This document shows positions 48,025-62,400 of a stretch of 64,000 nt of DNA, one piece after another. A program made the translations under genes and the position numbers. Where the stretch lies: positions 2,666,001-2,730,000 of the forward strand of contig JBLDXI010000002.1 in the NCBI GenBank assembly GCA_047495785.1. The letters run 5' to 3'. Origin of the DNA: Lepidodermella squamata (Eukaryota > Animalia > Gastrotricha). Within the stretch, counting starts at the first letter, position 1; the number at the start of each line of letters is the position of its first letter. A model generated the notes under the pieces. That model was not told the origin of the DNA. It worked only from the letters and a program-made list of their open reading frames with translations, and did no database searches.

Positions 48025-51000
48025 CTACGCGTGCACTTGACTAGGAATCGGCGTGTCCGGGGCTGAGGAGGGCGTCACCGTCACGGTGATGCGAGGCATC
48101 GTGTTCGAGTAGCCGTGCGGGTGCGCCGCGATCTGCGACCGCAGCTCGTCCCACGTCGACGCCGCCTGCAGCAGTTCCGGGTTGATGTGGATCTTCGCGG
48201 CGTACGACTCGCCGTAGCGCCGGGGCCGCGGCCGCCCCGTCAGCCGGTAGTAGCGCGGGTCGTCGTCCGCCAGCTCGAAGCGTTTCCGCTGCCCGGCCGT
48301 CAAATCGCCCTCGCTGCGACTCACGCTCGCGTTCACCGCCGGGTGCAGCGTCGGGCTGATCGCCGTCTCTTCCACCGGCTTTGTCGCCCCCTCGTCGTTC
48401 ATTGCTCCATTCCGCGTGGCCTTGTCAGCAGGCGAGCTGAAAAAAACCAAAATTTAGTGTTAAATCACGGAATTTCGAGTGATAATAAAATTTTTTAACC
48501 GATTTGCCGAGCAGCAATTTTGGCCCATTCGGCGTGAGGTGGTAAAATAGATAAATTCTCAGCAGCAGCAAATGCAATTAAAATCGGCTATATGCGTTAA
48601 GGAAGCGAAGGTAGGTAAAATGAAATTCCTGGCTAGCGAAGCAGATGTCTGAGTTGGCTTACTACGTTCAATAATCGGTAGTTATTATTACGTCTTTATC
48701 GCGCCGAGGTATCAAAATGGCAATAATATTTACGCGCTAGGGGCAGGAAGACAAACGCGAATGAGTATGCTCAAAGCTGGGATGAGCAAATAGCCGAGTG
48801 TAGTAGTAGTAGTAGAAGTATAACTATGCGTGTATACGTGTGGATAAACCCAGCTAACCGTGCCTTTTTCCCTGCGTTCTCACGACCGCAGCAGCAGCAC
48901 AAATCACTTTTTTGAGCTTGCTTTCTTACCTCGCGCCGTTCTGCCACGCGTTATTCAACTACTACTACTACCTACTACTACTACTACGACTATATAAATG
49001 CGGGTTGGTTTTTCATGCCCGCACCAGCAGGCACACTCGAGGCCATCATAGACAGACAGCGAGCTAGCAAACGTGAGCTCAAGAAAAACGCAGCATCGAG
49101 TGAGAAAAAACACGAGACGTGGCTGATAATATCACGCTCGTATATATTGCACAATGGCCAGCGCCGCCGCCGCAGCCGTTTGTTCTTCGGCGGCGCTGGC
49201 GGTGATGATTATTATCCACGGCCCGGCCGATTCGCGCCGATATATGCGCGCGCGCATTTTTTCACCGCATTTTTTTTATTGCGAAAAAATGCACGGAAAA
49301 CCAATAAATATCGCGCATCATTAGCAGCATGGGCAGCTATTGAATGAGCGTGATTCATCGCTAATTTAGCTACGTCGCCGCGGCTTCTTACCTTTGTATA
49401 GAGAAGCTGGCGCATGACAGCAGCGTCGAATCGTGGTAAAGGCAGCCGGAAGAACTCAGCGCCTGGCTCGCGTCATTTGAGCAGCAGCATTCCACCGTGA
49501 TCGACGTCGTGTTCGCCGCCGGTGGCCGGTCGCAAGCGCCGGGCAGCCGCTTTCCGGCCCGCTTGAACAACAGCCGTTCGATTGTTTCGTAGGCTGGCGC
49601 GAAGCTGCGTGGCCGCACCGCCGTCGAGTTGTGCCGTGTTGAGCTGAACTCGCCTTGGAACATCTTCTCGAACATTTGGTCTATCATTTCAACAGGAATC
49701 TAAAACGAGAAAATTTTCGTAAAAATAATTTTATCAACGATTTTCACCAACTAATGTAGCGATACTTTTGTATTTTTTTCTCAAAAATCACAAGAATTTG
49801 ATCAAATTTAGCTTTTTAGTGAGTAGGGCCCACGTCATTGGTCGAATTTACATCGCAAAAAGCGAAATAAAAGCCACGAACTCTATGTAAAATGTACAGA
49901 CCCGGAAAAATGATTTATCCTACAAGTTTCCCTGCTAGCCATGGGCTACTAAAGAGGGCATCGAGTTTCCTGATACGAAGTTTAAAATCGGACGTTTCCT
50001 CAGAGTAGCGAGTAGCGATTCTCGACAACAATATCCGCTGGTTGCTGAGCAACTTGGATCAGACCTCTGTGATATTGCCTTTGTCGGCTCGCAATTCCTG
50101 GTCGCCCCCCCCCCCTTAGGCGCTACAAGAAGTAGCCGATCTACGTTTCGACTTCAGTCGCGCTAATTGCCCAGCTAGTGATTACGATTGCGGTCAGTCG
50201 CCTTCCCTCAAGGTGGCGACCCGATCGTACTCGATAGGTTCGCCGACTCACTGGTTGCGGTAACGGTATGGTGGTATCATAGATGATCAAGCATCACAGG
50301 AATGAAAATTCAGCAGCGTCCAAGGCCGACCTCAATGCGGCTACCTGCCCGCCACTGGAAGCAGAGTGTCACAGTCCAAGTTCCGAAGGCAAGCAAATCG
50401 CCTAGCTCCTTCGACGGTTATCGCCCGATCGCGCTGATTTCGTGTATCTCCAAGTTGCTGGAGGCAGTGATGGCTCGCTATCTCCTCGATTACTGCATCT
50501 GCCGCCTATCGTAACCAGTAAGTTCTTTAACTGTCGGATCTCTTGCGGGATCATTCTACGAAGGTCCCGGTCGCGCGGTTAATGCGCCGTACACGTGCGA
50601 GTGCCGGTGCCGGTGCCTCAGGGTTCGCCTTTCTCGCCTATATCTTCGTCCTCTTCACGGCTGCGCCTCTACTTACAACGGTGCATCCCGACGACGCCTT
50701 GCGTTCCTCAGCGGCTATGGCGTATACCGACGACCACGCCTTGTGGGCAACTGGCGAAACAGCTGCTAATGTTACAGCGCGGGTGCATGGTGCGGTGCGT
50801 GTCTATGAGCGATGGTCGCAGTGTTGGCGGTTGGCCGTTTACCCCGCCAAGTGCGAATTCGTAGCCTTTGGTGCGAATGCCAACGTACACGCTTGCAGAC
50901 TGGTTGCCGGTGGTACGGCAATCCCACGATCCACACATCGAAACGGCAGCGGCAGGTTTATAAAGTCCGCAGGTGGGCGACGCAGCGCTTGAAATCGCTG

Positions 51001-54000
51001 TGCCCGACCCGACAGCAATTGGAGGACTACTATACCCTAAGCCTAGTCTGAGAAAGCTAGAATGACCCAGTGTAAAGCGACGATGAGGAAAAATCAATAA
51101 TGAGATCGATGCGCCTAACCTTGGATCTTGAATAACGGCGCTAATGATAATAATAAGGAGGATGGCTCAAAAAGGGATTTTATTTGATAATTATATTATT
51201 CCGGGACGCGCGCAACTTTTCAAGCACAAAATCGGAGAATATCGATTTTGACCAGGCCATTTAAATTGCAAGGGGATCAAAGTCCATCATACAAAATGAT
51301 TGGCCAAAATTGAGAAAAATAAGAGATCCAGTGTAAAAAAAACACCTATAAAAATGATAACCAAAGGCTCTTAGGCGTTACTTTAAACATGTGCTAAATT
51401 GATTGGTTATTACCTGGAAAATAGCGTCGTAGTGATCGATAAGTATTTGCACGACTTCGATGACCGCGAGCCGTTCATCGGCGCGGTCTTTCGATTCGAC
51501 GATGAACTGTTCGCTGGGCTGGCGTTTCATCGTCGACTGATCGCTGGATTTGAGCATAGCAGCGAAGGCCTCGAGCTCGGCCGCGTCCGGCCCCTGGAAC
51601 TTGGCCCCCGGCGCCACGGTCGAGTCGTTGGGCGGGAAGCCGGACATGCGCAGTATATTTGGCCCGAACAACGTCGCCAGGTTGTGACTCGTCATTTTAT
51701 TGCCCCCAGTACAGCTGCCCTGTACAATCGCATGCGACGCAACACTGCGCAAAAACGCAAGCAAGAAGTAGAGAGTGTCGCGGTGGACACTTGGCAGGAG
51801 AAGAATTAGCAGCCTTAACAAAGTCTGAGCACGAACGCGATCATCAATTGCTGAAATAAACGATAAAATAAGTAAAAAATTATCATAAAATCGACTGATT
51901 TCTTACTTCCAACGGCAACAAATGCAGCATAGAGTGATCGAGTTAACAGTGGCTCGGGAAGATCTAGGCAAAATAACAAATAAAAGAATCCAGCTGAGCT
52001 TTGATAATTTACCTCGAAAGAATTCTTTCAACAGCGCAGCCGTGTCGTGGACAGAGTGGTCAGCGGTAAATGTAAAATCAGCGGTTTTTTGAATTTCAGC
52101 TTTTTGAGACTTGATTCGCTTTTTGGAAGTACCAAGACGGAAGATACCTGGCAAAAAAGTGAAAACAAATTACAATCCAGCTCAAAAAATCGAACAAAGA
52201 AAAGTAATCCAAACGAATTAAATGCTCGTGAAAAGACGCAGAAATGTACGAAAAAGTATGAATTACTCAAAAATTGTCTGAAATAGCTTTGACAAAATAG
52301 CGCTCTCATCACCGGTTCATTGAAGCTTGATAAAACTTGCTTGAGTGGACATGATTTCCATCATCTTCAGGTCACCCCTAGCTTCATCGGAAATGTTAGA
52401 ATTCATTAATCGAATACTGAATTCTCAATTATTAGGGAAAATCCCAAATCACTAAGTTCAAAAATGTATAACACATTTCAAATATTTTAGCGGAACCAAA
52501 ATTAAAAAATTGACACGAAAAATGTTGAATTGCTTCAAAATGTCATTTTTTGGTTACAGGGCCAGACAGAAGTTATTTTAAAGAAGCATTCCAATTATCG
52601 TTTTTGTCATCATTAGGAGTCATATGACCAATTAATTTCTCAAACTTCATTTCGAATTTCAAAAATTTCAAATAACTGATTGGTCATATGACGATGAAAA
52701 TAGCGTTAATTGGAACCGTGCCACTGGAATAGCTTCTATTTGGCTCAATTGTTGATCAGATCAATGCTGAAAATCACGCAGGATTTTTCGGTAAATTTGC
52801 AGATTCTCTAGGAATAATCAAGAAATTCCGAGGATGAATTTTTGGGCGAATTGAAATTTGGGTCCGCATTCTTCAAATTCCTATCAGAAACCAGGAGAAA
52901 TTTAGCTTTACAAGTCAGTGGAGTCTAAAATCGCGACTGGGAGACTCATAAACAAGAAAAATTGTCAATCCAGAGAAAATACGAAAAATTAACGAACCTT
53001 CGACGTCCATGCCGTAAGTTTCGATGTGGCGCACGCATTTTTTGACGAACTGGGGCACCTGCAGCGGCATCGGACCAGCCGCGTCGCCGCAGCGCTCAAA
53101 GCGCCGCCCCGTGTCAAAACTGGTCGCCTTCACCGACGGTGCCTCGCCATCGTCCTGGAAGCCCGAATCCGCGTCGTCCGTCACTAAATCATTCTCAGCA
53201 GCAGTAGCAGCATTTTGAGCAGCGTGAGGCGGGACCGGCCGCGCCTGGCTCGAACTGAACCCATTCACCGAAGACCGCCGGTTCAGCGCCACGTGTTCCC
53301 GCTTTTGTTGCGGCGTGGTTTTCGACGTCTCCGGGTGCAGACGGTCTTCCTGGTTGAGGGGCGACAGCGGCTCGAGTTTCCGAACCGGCAGCCTGTTACA
53401 CCGAGCCAGCCTCTCAAGCCGCATCAGTCGCTTCCGTTCGGCGAGAATTTCGTTGGCCAAGCACCGTTTTAAGGTGGCTCCGAATACGAGGTTAACAGTC
53501 GGTTGCGTCGACTCGGCCGGGGTTGAAACCCCGCGCCGTAGCGTTGTCGAAGCCGGCGCTTCCGCAACTTTTCGACCGGCTTTCGACCGGGTGAGACCCC
53601 CAGGCCGTGACGGAGGGGTAATCGACGAATAGCTGCCGGTGGAGAATCGCAGATGCGAGAGGCGGGAGAAGAACTTCGAGACGCCGCTACTCGCACTACT
53701 GCTATGTTTGTGCTTCTTCGCAGGTTCGGAGTAGGCGTTGCTATTGTTATTACTACTGGACAAGTTCGGGTTGAGCCGGTCGATGTAAGCGGCCATTTTC
53801 GAGGAAAGAACTGAGTCTTTAAGCAGGATTGCCAGGGCGATTTCGCGGAGGCTCGCCTTTTCGAGCTCGGTCAGCACGAGCATGGAAGTTTCTTTCAGTT
53901 GCAGCGGCGATTGAGCATCGTTGAGCCAGGCGCCCGTCAACGAGCGGTGCCATCGCGGCGCCGTTGTCGCTGTTTGGAAGGTGGCGAAGTAGCCGCTCGA

Positions 54001-54336
54001 GCTCTCGGGTCGCGAGGTTTTCGGCGACGTCGACGCGGACACGTCTTGTTCGACGTCGGTCGAGTAGCCGGTGAAACTGGGCGGTTCACTCTGAATACCA
54101 GGCACGCCGCCCTTGCCGCCCTGCCGCAGGTACGAATGGCCGGACGAGGGCCGGGCCGCTTTCGATTTGGCGAAGAGACGCGGCGCTTGTTTCCGAAGTT
54201 TCGACAACAAACTGGTCTGGTGGTGTTGGTGGGCGGGTTGGGCGATGGGCGACGACTGAGCAGTAGTTTTTGAGGAGGACGGGAACGAGGTGCCAGTTGC
54301 GTCACCCCGCGAACACTCTGGTGAGTAAGAGGACAT
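48025..54336 (-). CDS. Rho GTPase-activating protein, ARHGAP6/RhoGAP102A-like (6 coding exons: 54336-52998, 52147-52013, 51963-~51907, ~51850-51414, ~49698-49392, ~48436-48025)
   Basis: VPQFVKKCVRHIETYGMDVE|GIFRLGTSKKRI (arginine finger); HDTAALLKEFFRDLPEPLL; HRDTL..LL.FL; NKMTSHNLATLFGPNIL. Confidence 0.9.
50300..51050 (+). mobile_element. Decayed non-LTR retrotransposon reverse-transcriptase fragment (Jockey/I-like) in a RhoGAP intron
   Basis: WK....VPK..YRPIALISCISKLLE; VPQGSPFSP; YTDD (YADD-like); WRLAVYPAKC; frameshifts and deletions. Confidence 0.85.
52561..52744. repeat. Imperfect foldback (MITE-like) in RhoGAP intron 1
   Basis: Perfect 14-bp inverted pair GTCATATGACCAAT (52619-52632) / ATTGGTCATATGAC (52679-52692), with outer arms TTCCAATTA/TAATTGGAA and GCCAGACAGAAGTTATT/AATAGCTTCTATTTGGC. 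Confidence 0.65.
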
Positions 54337-54569
54337 CCTATGTTACGAAAAAAACCATACGCAAATGTAAATAATAAATGGTGGAAAAACACGAAGCGGA
54401 AAATGATGGCGGGGCTTTCCATACTAATATTATAACGAAATGATAATCATCGTGCAGCAAATTAGGTGAAAGTACTGCGCGACGGCGACGACGACGACGA
54501 CGACATCGCCGAAATGGACAGCTATGAAGGGAACCGCATAGAAATGAGCTCCCTTGCGTGTTCTCTTGT

Positions 54570-54965
54570 TTAGTAATAATAATAATAATAATAATAACAG
54601 TAATAGTAAGCCAGTTTGTTTTTGGCCCGTGCATGCGTGTTTGCAGCAGTGCTGAAAAAGAATGAGGCGCAGATCTATTTATGCGAGGGGACGCCGAGGA
54701 CTCGAGGACGCGCCGAAAAACAAGGCAAGGCGCATTATAATGCTCTATAATAAGCACGGTCGTCGTATTTATAGATGATAGTAGTAGCCGCAGTAGCAGC
54801 AGTAGTTGTTGTAGTGGTCGTAGATTGAAAACTGAGCGCTCACGCGACAGATTTTCGGCAAGACAACCGATCGATAATCCGCGAGTAGAAAACTTCAGTC
54901 ATCACATTTATTTGCGTGGCAACTACTACTACTACTACAACTACCTACAACCAGTAGTAGTAGTA
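54570..54965. repeat. Trinucleotide microsatellite patches (AAT, TAG/CTA)
   Basis: (AAT)n ~54574-54597; (TAG)/(CTA)n ~54780-54815 and ~54922-54964. Similar patches occur at ~47986, ~48800 and ~48957. Confidence 0.8.
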
Positions 54966-57900
54966 CGACGAAAAGACGACTAGAGTGCCACTACACTCGT
55001 ATGCTACGATAGCTATTACCCGTAATAAAACTACAGCGTCTCAAGGGTCACTGACATTCGCGAAATTGCATTCGCGTCCGCTCCTCCTTTTTTCCTGCTC
55101 TGTAATGTTGTGTGGTGGTGGTGAGTTCACTACTATTTTACTGATCTTCAACTGTGAGGAGTCAATACCGGCGCATTACAGACACACACACACATGGCGC
55201 ATAGCACACACAGCCGAGGACACCAAAATAAAATCAATCAAACGCATGAAATGGGAATTCTTGCGCGCAGAAGACTAGCCGCCGTCTTCGTCGAGCGTGA
55301 CGACGATGCGCCCGCCACACAGTAGCCTTCAAAATAAATAAACGAGGCAGGCCTAAGAATAGCGCGCTTCATTATAATGAAATACGGCGCGAGGTCTATC
55401 ATCCCATTACGACGCCAGTAATTTGCTTTTCACACTAAGCTAGAGACGCAAGCAAATAGACCGGACGGAACATCCAAGGTAAAATTCCATTTCTCTCCAA
55501 TAATGAAAATGATAATGCAATAAAAGACGGGCAACTTTGCTCAATTGCCCAATTTGCTAACAAAAAGTTGCGTCCGTAGGCGTTTCTTCAGCTGCTTTAT
55601 TCCATTCACAAAAAGCCACGAAACTAGCCGTACGAAAAGATTAGGATTTGCAACTGGCAGAATTTTTCTTCAGTGTGATGCGAGAGTAAGGCGAAATTTT
55701 CAAATCATTAAGTTCAAAAAGGACATTCGCAGTTTGGTATGAGGACAAAATAAAACTGAAATAAGATGACTAACTTACGACGAAGGGGAAAGAAGGGGAT
55801 CATGCAATAAAGGCTGCCACATCATCTTCACCCGCTACCTGGAGTAAAGAATGAATGCGTAAGTTAAAAACAATCTCAAAGGCATTTCTTAACTGATACA
55901 CCGTTGCGATTATAATGAAATAATGCCTAGAATTACGATACCCGCGATTTCCAGATTAAGCAATCAATAACGTCGTTTTCTAAAATAATTCCATTGCAGG
56001 ATTTTCGTGTGTTTTAATCGCTTAATACGTTTAAATTACATTCTAAGACTATTGTAGAATGTGGCGAGCAAGCAGGTAAGTATGGTTATTTTCAGAAAAT
56101 ATTTGGAAATTACTCGACAATAATCAATCGTTTTTCCTGGGAAATTTATAGATGAATTCCAGGTTTTCGAAAATGTCCAGGGAACGCCTTCGTTATGCAT
56201 GTTTTGCTGTAGCTCTACAACTGCATTTACGAAACTACTGAGCCTTGTTTTGCTCTTGAGTTCGCCGTTTCCAAAATTGCACATAAATGGCAAGAGAAAA
56301 TAAGAAAGCCCCCAAGTCATACATTTTCCAACGCTAAATGTTTCAAGTAGCGGTTTCGGTAGGCCAAACGTGAGATGTTTTAAGCTTAGGTGTAGCATGA
56401 ATATAAATTTTTTCATTTCTGAGGGTTCTAATATCAGAAGTAACAAACTATTCACCAAAAACTATTCACCAAAAACCGCTATTACAGTACCGTATTTCAT
56501 CAAAAAATAACCTCCATCGATTGATAGCCCTGGATTTCAACATAAATATCACGCCTCGATTATTAGCCACCTGATCACCGTAAACCCCTGTTAGTGGATA
56601 TATTAAAGAGCGATGAGTCCATTGCGTCAGGGAGGAGAGAAGCCAGTACAGCAAAATAAAAGTCACCAGGCTACTACTCATGAAAACAAAGGCGCTGGAA
56701 TTATATGCACTAGATGTTAATCTCAAGGCGTCAAATAAAGGAAACTAGTGAAGATAAAGACGATTTTAGTGAGCTTTTCTCTTTTATTGGAACATTGTCG
56801 AAGTTTTAGACAAATTTATAGCTATGGCTGTGGTCAATTCTACAATATATATAAAATACGGTACTCGTTTCAGCGATGATGGTGAATATAGCTGATCATC
56901 AAATTGTTTCTTTGATGTAATGGTGCCGCAACATTTCTAAGTGAAATGCTTAGAATTTTTCACGAGGAACATTTCATCGACTGACCAGAAAATCACATAT
57001 CTCTGCCCAATACTTCGGCTCTCTTTCGGTAAAATACGGTAAATCAATAACAATCAGCCAATAACAACTACAAATCAGCCACGCTGATTGGTTCAACAAT
57101 TAGCATTTATCGGCAGAATATTACAATAGCTCACGTAATTACTAAATGACATAATTTCCTTCTTGAGATATTACTACAAAGAGATCTAGGTCAACCAGTG
57201 AGTAAAATCGTCGCATCAATTCTCCGAGATTGCGAATCAGGTACTTATCTGAAACCATGTACGAAATCCTGAATCTGCTAAATCTTTTTGCATGAGCGAG
57301 CGAAGCGAGCTTTAGTTCGCAATATTACGCAGCTATTTTGGCTGATGGTGATCCAAAGGTATAGCAAAATTCGGGCCACGATTGTTAAAATCTATCCGCT
57401 TATCTTCCGGGCTTATTCCGCTAGTTCTTAATCCAAAAAATGGCCGTGACTCTTCCTTGAGGATAACTCAGTTTATCTAAGACATTATTTGTTCAAGGCA
57501 GAGAAAATTATACAGTCAGCTCAAGAATTTATATAATTGGCACGCAGCCATAGCATGGATACTCAGGCGTATAAATCCAGGCGTATAAATACACAGAGCA
57601 TTGTGGGTAAGTAGAATCGGAGTGCTATGTCGCCACAAAGAAAAAAGGAATGCAGGTCCACAAATTCGTAATTGTCAACCTTCATTTCAGAAGGAAAATG
57701 GAAAGGGACTCAGGTTGAGGTAAAACCACAACCCGCCACGGCCCCACACGAACTCAAATCAACTGCTGACATCTAACAGGTTACAGGTTGCGCTTCGAAG
57801 GAGGAAAGAGTGAAAGATGGGCAGCCTCAATCTAGCATGAACTCTTGCCAATTAACGCGGATGAATGAACAATAACACGGAGCGCAATAAATGGAGGATG

Positions 57901-58457
57901 AATGTAAATATTGAACAATTCGGTTCTTTTACGTCTCAAGATATACATTTTGATCAAGGATAAAGAGCAATTAACACTGAAAACGTATGCTGATACGAAG
58001 AAAAACAGCAAGATTAAACCATTACTTGTCGAATTTAAGCGATAACAGCAAACAACCGGCAGTTTGTAACCATTTTCTGTCGACACATTCTTATTCCGAC
58101 ATTCAACCTGAAGGAGAACACAACATACAATAGCCCTGATTTTCCTGATTTGGTCACTTCAATCATCAAAGTTATGCGCAGAGGAGCTCACGCACTCGAA
58201 TGGCGATTGCCCTAGACTCATCGAACTGCGGTTACTTAACGTCCGTTCACAACACAGTTGTCGAAGGTGAGAAAGGTGAGGTCTCGAAGCCGCAGATCGC
58301 CTTCTTCGACACTCGACGGGCGATCCCGCGAAAAACTACCTAGGAAAATATTTTTCTAAAATATCAGTTAATGTAGTAATAGCAATTTTATAATATATTT
58401 GAAATTATTAAGTTACAAATGTGAAAATTTAAAAAAATTCCGAGCCTAAATTTTCGA

Positions 58458-58467
58458 CGCCATTTTG
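58458..58467 (+). promoter_or_regulatory. YY1-like motif (CGCCATTTTG) at the likely CBP promoter
   Basis: Matches the YY1 consensus, directly after an AT-rich tract and ~1 kb upstream of the CBP ATG. Confidence 0.35.
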
Positions 58468-59448
58468 GTCGGAGCGCATCGTTGCGCGCTTTTTACGCGG
58501 ATGTCCTGAGCGCAACGCGTTTTTTACGGTTACCTAAAGCGGACTTGAAGAGCCTTTCTTGCGTTTTTGCTTCGTTTTTTAGGTTAATTGGTCCATTAGG
58601 AAGATTTTGGAACGTTTTAAGCTTAAAGTGTGTGGCCAAACTTTGTCAGTTGCACTTGAAACCTGTTGGCAAAACCACTTGTGTGATTTTGTCATTTTGG
58701 ACATCCTGTGGCCTCTGCACAACTCATGTAAACGACGGTTATTATATATTTTTACGTTTTCCATTATTGAATCAGTTGGCCAAGCCATTTGTTAGAGATA
58801 ATTTTGCAGCAAGTTGACTCCGAGATGCGACATGGGCCACCATTACTTACACTGCCTCGCAGTTGACATGTTCTCGTTACGCTGACCGTGTTCGCTGGAT
58901 TTCCAAAAGTTCGTCTTTTTCTGATGGACTATGGCATCATTCGCCATCAAATATCTATTGAAATCTGTCCTGACTGCCAATGTTTGCTATGGTTCTCGAT
59001 TGGAACGCTAAAGTTGGAGTCTAAATCAGGCTCTAGTTGGTCTTCCTTCGTAGACCACTATTGCTTATTGTTATCATCCCCGTACCCGGCTGCATTGCAT
59101 TTTTATTCTGGTTTTCTAATCACTTAGAATGACCTTTGTTCATCTTTATTGCCGTCAATCCTTGGATTTTGCAAGTTCTAGGTAGCATTTTCCCTTATTT
59201 TTCGTTCAATAACTCGGTTTTTTGCTTGATACTCAATAGCATATTCTCGGAAAGGCAGGCGAGTTACTTACTTCTTTGGTTTAATTTACCTTTGCTTTGC
59301 TCAAAACCCGAGAGGTTACCGCCGCTCAGTCGCGTGGAAGAGAAATACAACTTTAAATTACAATTATTTAGCCTATGATCATATTTGCTGTATACATTTT
59401 GCTTATTCATCTAGAGAATGGTTAATTTCTTATCAAGTTTTATTTGTA

Positions 59449-62400
59449 ATGTCTAATCCATCGTCTCAAACATCTTCCTCTGGACTACTCACGAAACCGC
59501 AGCCGCCATGGCCCCCGCATCAACAGCCTGGCCATTACAACAACCAACAACCTGGAGCTTATAAAGGGAATCCAATGAATATGAACAATTCTTCTCCTCC
59601 GCTTATTGGCCCTGGAGGTTCTATGCCGGTCTTTCATGCAAATCCTCAACAGGGTTCACAGCAGCAAATGATTCATCCACACACTCAAATTTTATCGGAG
59701 CAACAACAACAAATCCAAATGATGCCGTCGTCTCAGCAGCCCCAAAATTCTGTGCCATCAACATTACAGGAGCTTCTTCGATCTAACGACGACAACGGGA
59801 TGCCCAACCAGCAGATGCCTAACAACAATCAAGGCGTGTTTATGCAGCCACATGGGCAACCCGTGCACATGAATGCAATGGGACCTGGCCAAGTGCCTAA
59901 TCGGTTTCAGGGACCCATGTCCCAAGGTCAGCCTCCCCGGCCGATGGGTGCAAACGTCATGGCGGGTGCTCGGCACATTTCGAGTCCTCCGCCTGGTGGA
60001 GGTTATCCTAATCAGATGCCACCAGCTCGTCCACCTCCTCCAAATGCTGTCCCTTACGGGTATCCTCCCGGCATGAGACAACCGGCTCCGATGAACCAAG
60101 GAAATAAGCAAATGAACGTTGGTATGCCTGGAAATGCCCTTCCAGGTCAACCACCTCATCAATATGTTCGGGTAAGTATTATCGAGCTGAATGTCCGAAA
60201 ATTGTTAATAATCTTATCTCGCATTTTAGGTACAGAGACCGTCTTACGAAATGAACGGTCCAAATTCGAATGTTGTTCTCAATCCAATGCAGCCTGGAAT
60301 GCAAGGTGGCTACGGCGGTCAGCCGATGGGCCAGCCAATGATGAATGATTTGCAAGGTCAGAATCCTGCTGCTATGATGGGCGGACAGCAGCACATGCCG
60401 CCTGCTGCACCTCAACCGGGCAGCATGCAAACTGTTGTGCCGATTCCGCCCGGATCGACTCTGCACGTATCTACCACAACGACTTTCAATGTGATCCCTC
60501 CTGCTCCTGGTTCAGGCGCGCCCGGCAGTATGCAAGTAACCGTCGTGCCGCAAACCTCGCAGCAACCCCTCAACTTCCACCCCTCGAACCAAGCGCAATC
60601 CCACCAGCCGCAGTCTATGGCTGCCTCTTCTGCTGACGACGCGCTTGACCCGTCAGGCCAGGGCGCGCTCGGCGGCCAAGCGGCAGGCGCGAGTTCGGGC
60701 GGAGGATCTGGTGGTACTTCGTCCAGCAACGTCCCACCGGAAAAGCGCAAGCTCATCCAGCACCAACTTATTTTATTGTTGCATGCCCACAAGTGCCAGC
60801 AAAGAGAGATTCAGGCCGCGCAAGGCCAGCCAGGCGGTTCTCAGCAACCACAGCGGCCTTGTGAGCTGCCGCATTGTCAGACCATGAAGTCGGTTCTTGC
60901 CCACATGCGCACCTGTCAGGACACTCAAAACTGCAGATGTGAGTTTTTATCTCTTAGACTTGGTATAAAGCTAGACTTTCTTAGTCAATCATGTAGTTAA
61001 TTTGAAAAATGTTCGTTCTGATACTTTTCCAATGCCTAAAATGTATCTCTCAAGATAGTAAGTTAGCTAGGGTAGCTCAAATTCTCCAGCTTTATCGAAG
61101 ACTTCGTCATAATGAATTTTCTTGATTTATTTTAGTCCAACACTGCACTTCCTCACGGCGCATCATCGACCATTGGCGGAATTGCAAGAAAGTAGACTGT
61201 CCCGTGTGTAAGGATCTCCGACGCGACCAATCAGGTCGTGCCAACTCGAGTGTGCCTGGCCAGCCTGGAATGCCGGATATGGTGGCGTCTCCAGCGCCCG
61301 CTCCCGGCGACCAGTCCGGCTTCCTGGGACCACCATCCTCAGGCGCGATAAGTGCTGCTGCTGCGTCGGGTGGCGTGCAGATCAACCCGTTACCGCCAGA
61401 AACGAGCCACGCGTGGCACGCCGATCACAACGAGGAGGTACGGCGCTACCTTATCGACAAGACTGTACGCGAACTCTCGCAGTTGTGCGCCGGTCAGAAC
61501 AACATGGAACGGCTGTACAACTTCGCGAAGAAAACCGAGTGCGAAATCTTCTCGCGAGCGACCACGCGCGAACAGTATTACATGCTGCTGGCGGAGAAGA
61601 TCTACAAGACGCGGAAACAGGTCGAAGAAAAGCTGCGCAACCAGCCTGCTGGTGGCGCTGCGGCAGCAGGCGGGCAACCACCGCCGTCGGGTTCCGGCCC
61701 GTCCGGCGACTTCCCGCAGCCGGAACCATCACCCGGCCCGCCGAACCCCTTTGGTGCTACTAATATTGTCTCGCAAAATAACCCCCTCGCTCCGGCCCCT
61801 GAGATCAACCAGAAACGCGCCGAGTTCTCGAAGGCACTCGCTTCGGCGGCTGCTGGTCAAACCGCGCTCAACACCTCATCGGCATCGCCGAACACCAGCT
61901 CGCTGCTCACCCCCGTCGCGACTGGTCCAAGCGAAGTCAAGGAAGAACCGGGCTACATCGTCAAAGCTGAGGCAATGGACTCGGTGAAAGCCGAGCCGGC
62001 TGATCAGGTCGCTGCGGCGCCTAAAGCTGAGCCCGAATCCTCGACTGCAACAACAACAGCAGCAGCCCCCGCGTCTCAAAACGGCCCGAAACCACCAGCG
62101 CCCAAGTACCCGTTGCAGAAGAAAACGTTCCGGCCCGACGAACTGCGGCAGTACTTGTTACCCTCCCTCGAAAAGCTGTTCCGGCAGCCCGAGTCGGAAG
62201 CGTTCCGGCAACCGGTCGACGCGATCGCTCTCGGCATTCCCGACTACCACGACGTGGTGAAACACCCGATGGACTTGTCGACGATAAAAACGAAGCTCGA
62301 CACAGGTCGCTACGCCGACCCGTGGGAGTTCTGCGACGACGTGTGGCTGATGTTCGAAAACGCGTGGTTGTACAACAAGCGGACGTCGCGCGTGTATCGG

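Noticed and set aside
56036-56726. Two adjacent minus-strand ORFs joined at a 14-bp tandem duplication (CTATTCACCAAAAA x2) as a frameshifted gene
   Set aside because: Removing the duplicate still leaves a stop, and neither translation resembles a family I recognise.
57550-58345. Minus-strand acceptor/donor-like sites suggesting a small gene or snoRNA host divergent from CBP
   Set aside because: No consistent open frame and no complete C/D or H/ACA box set could be assembled; it could be non-coding RhoGAP 5' exons but this is unsupported.
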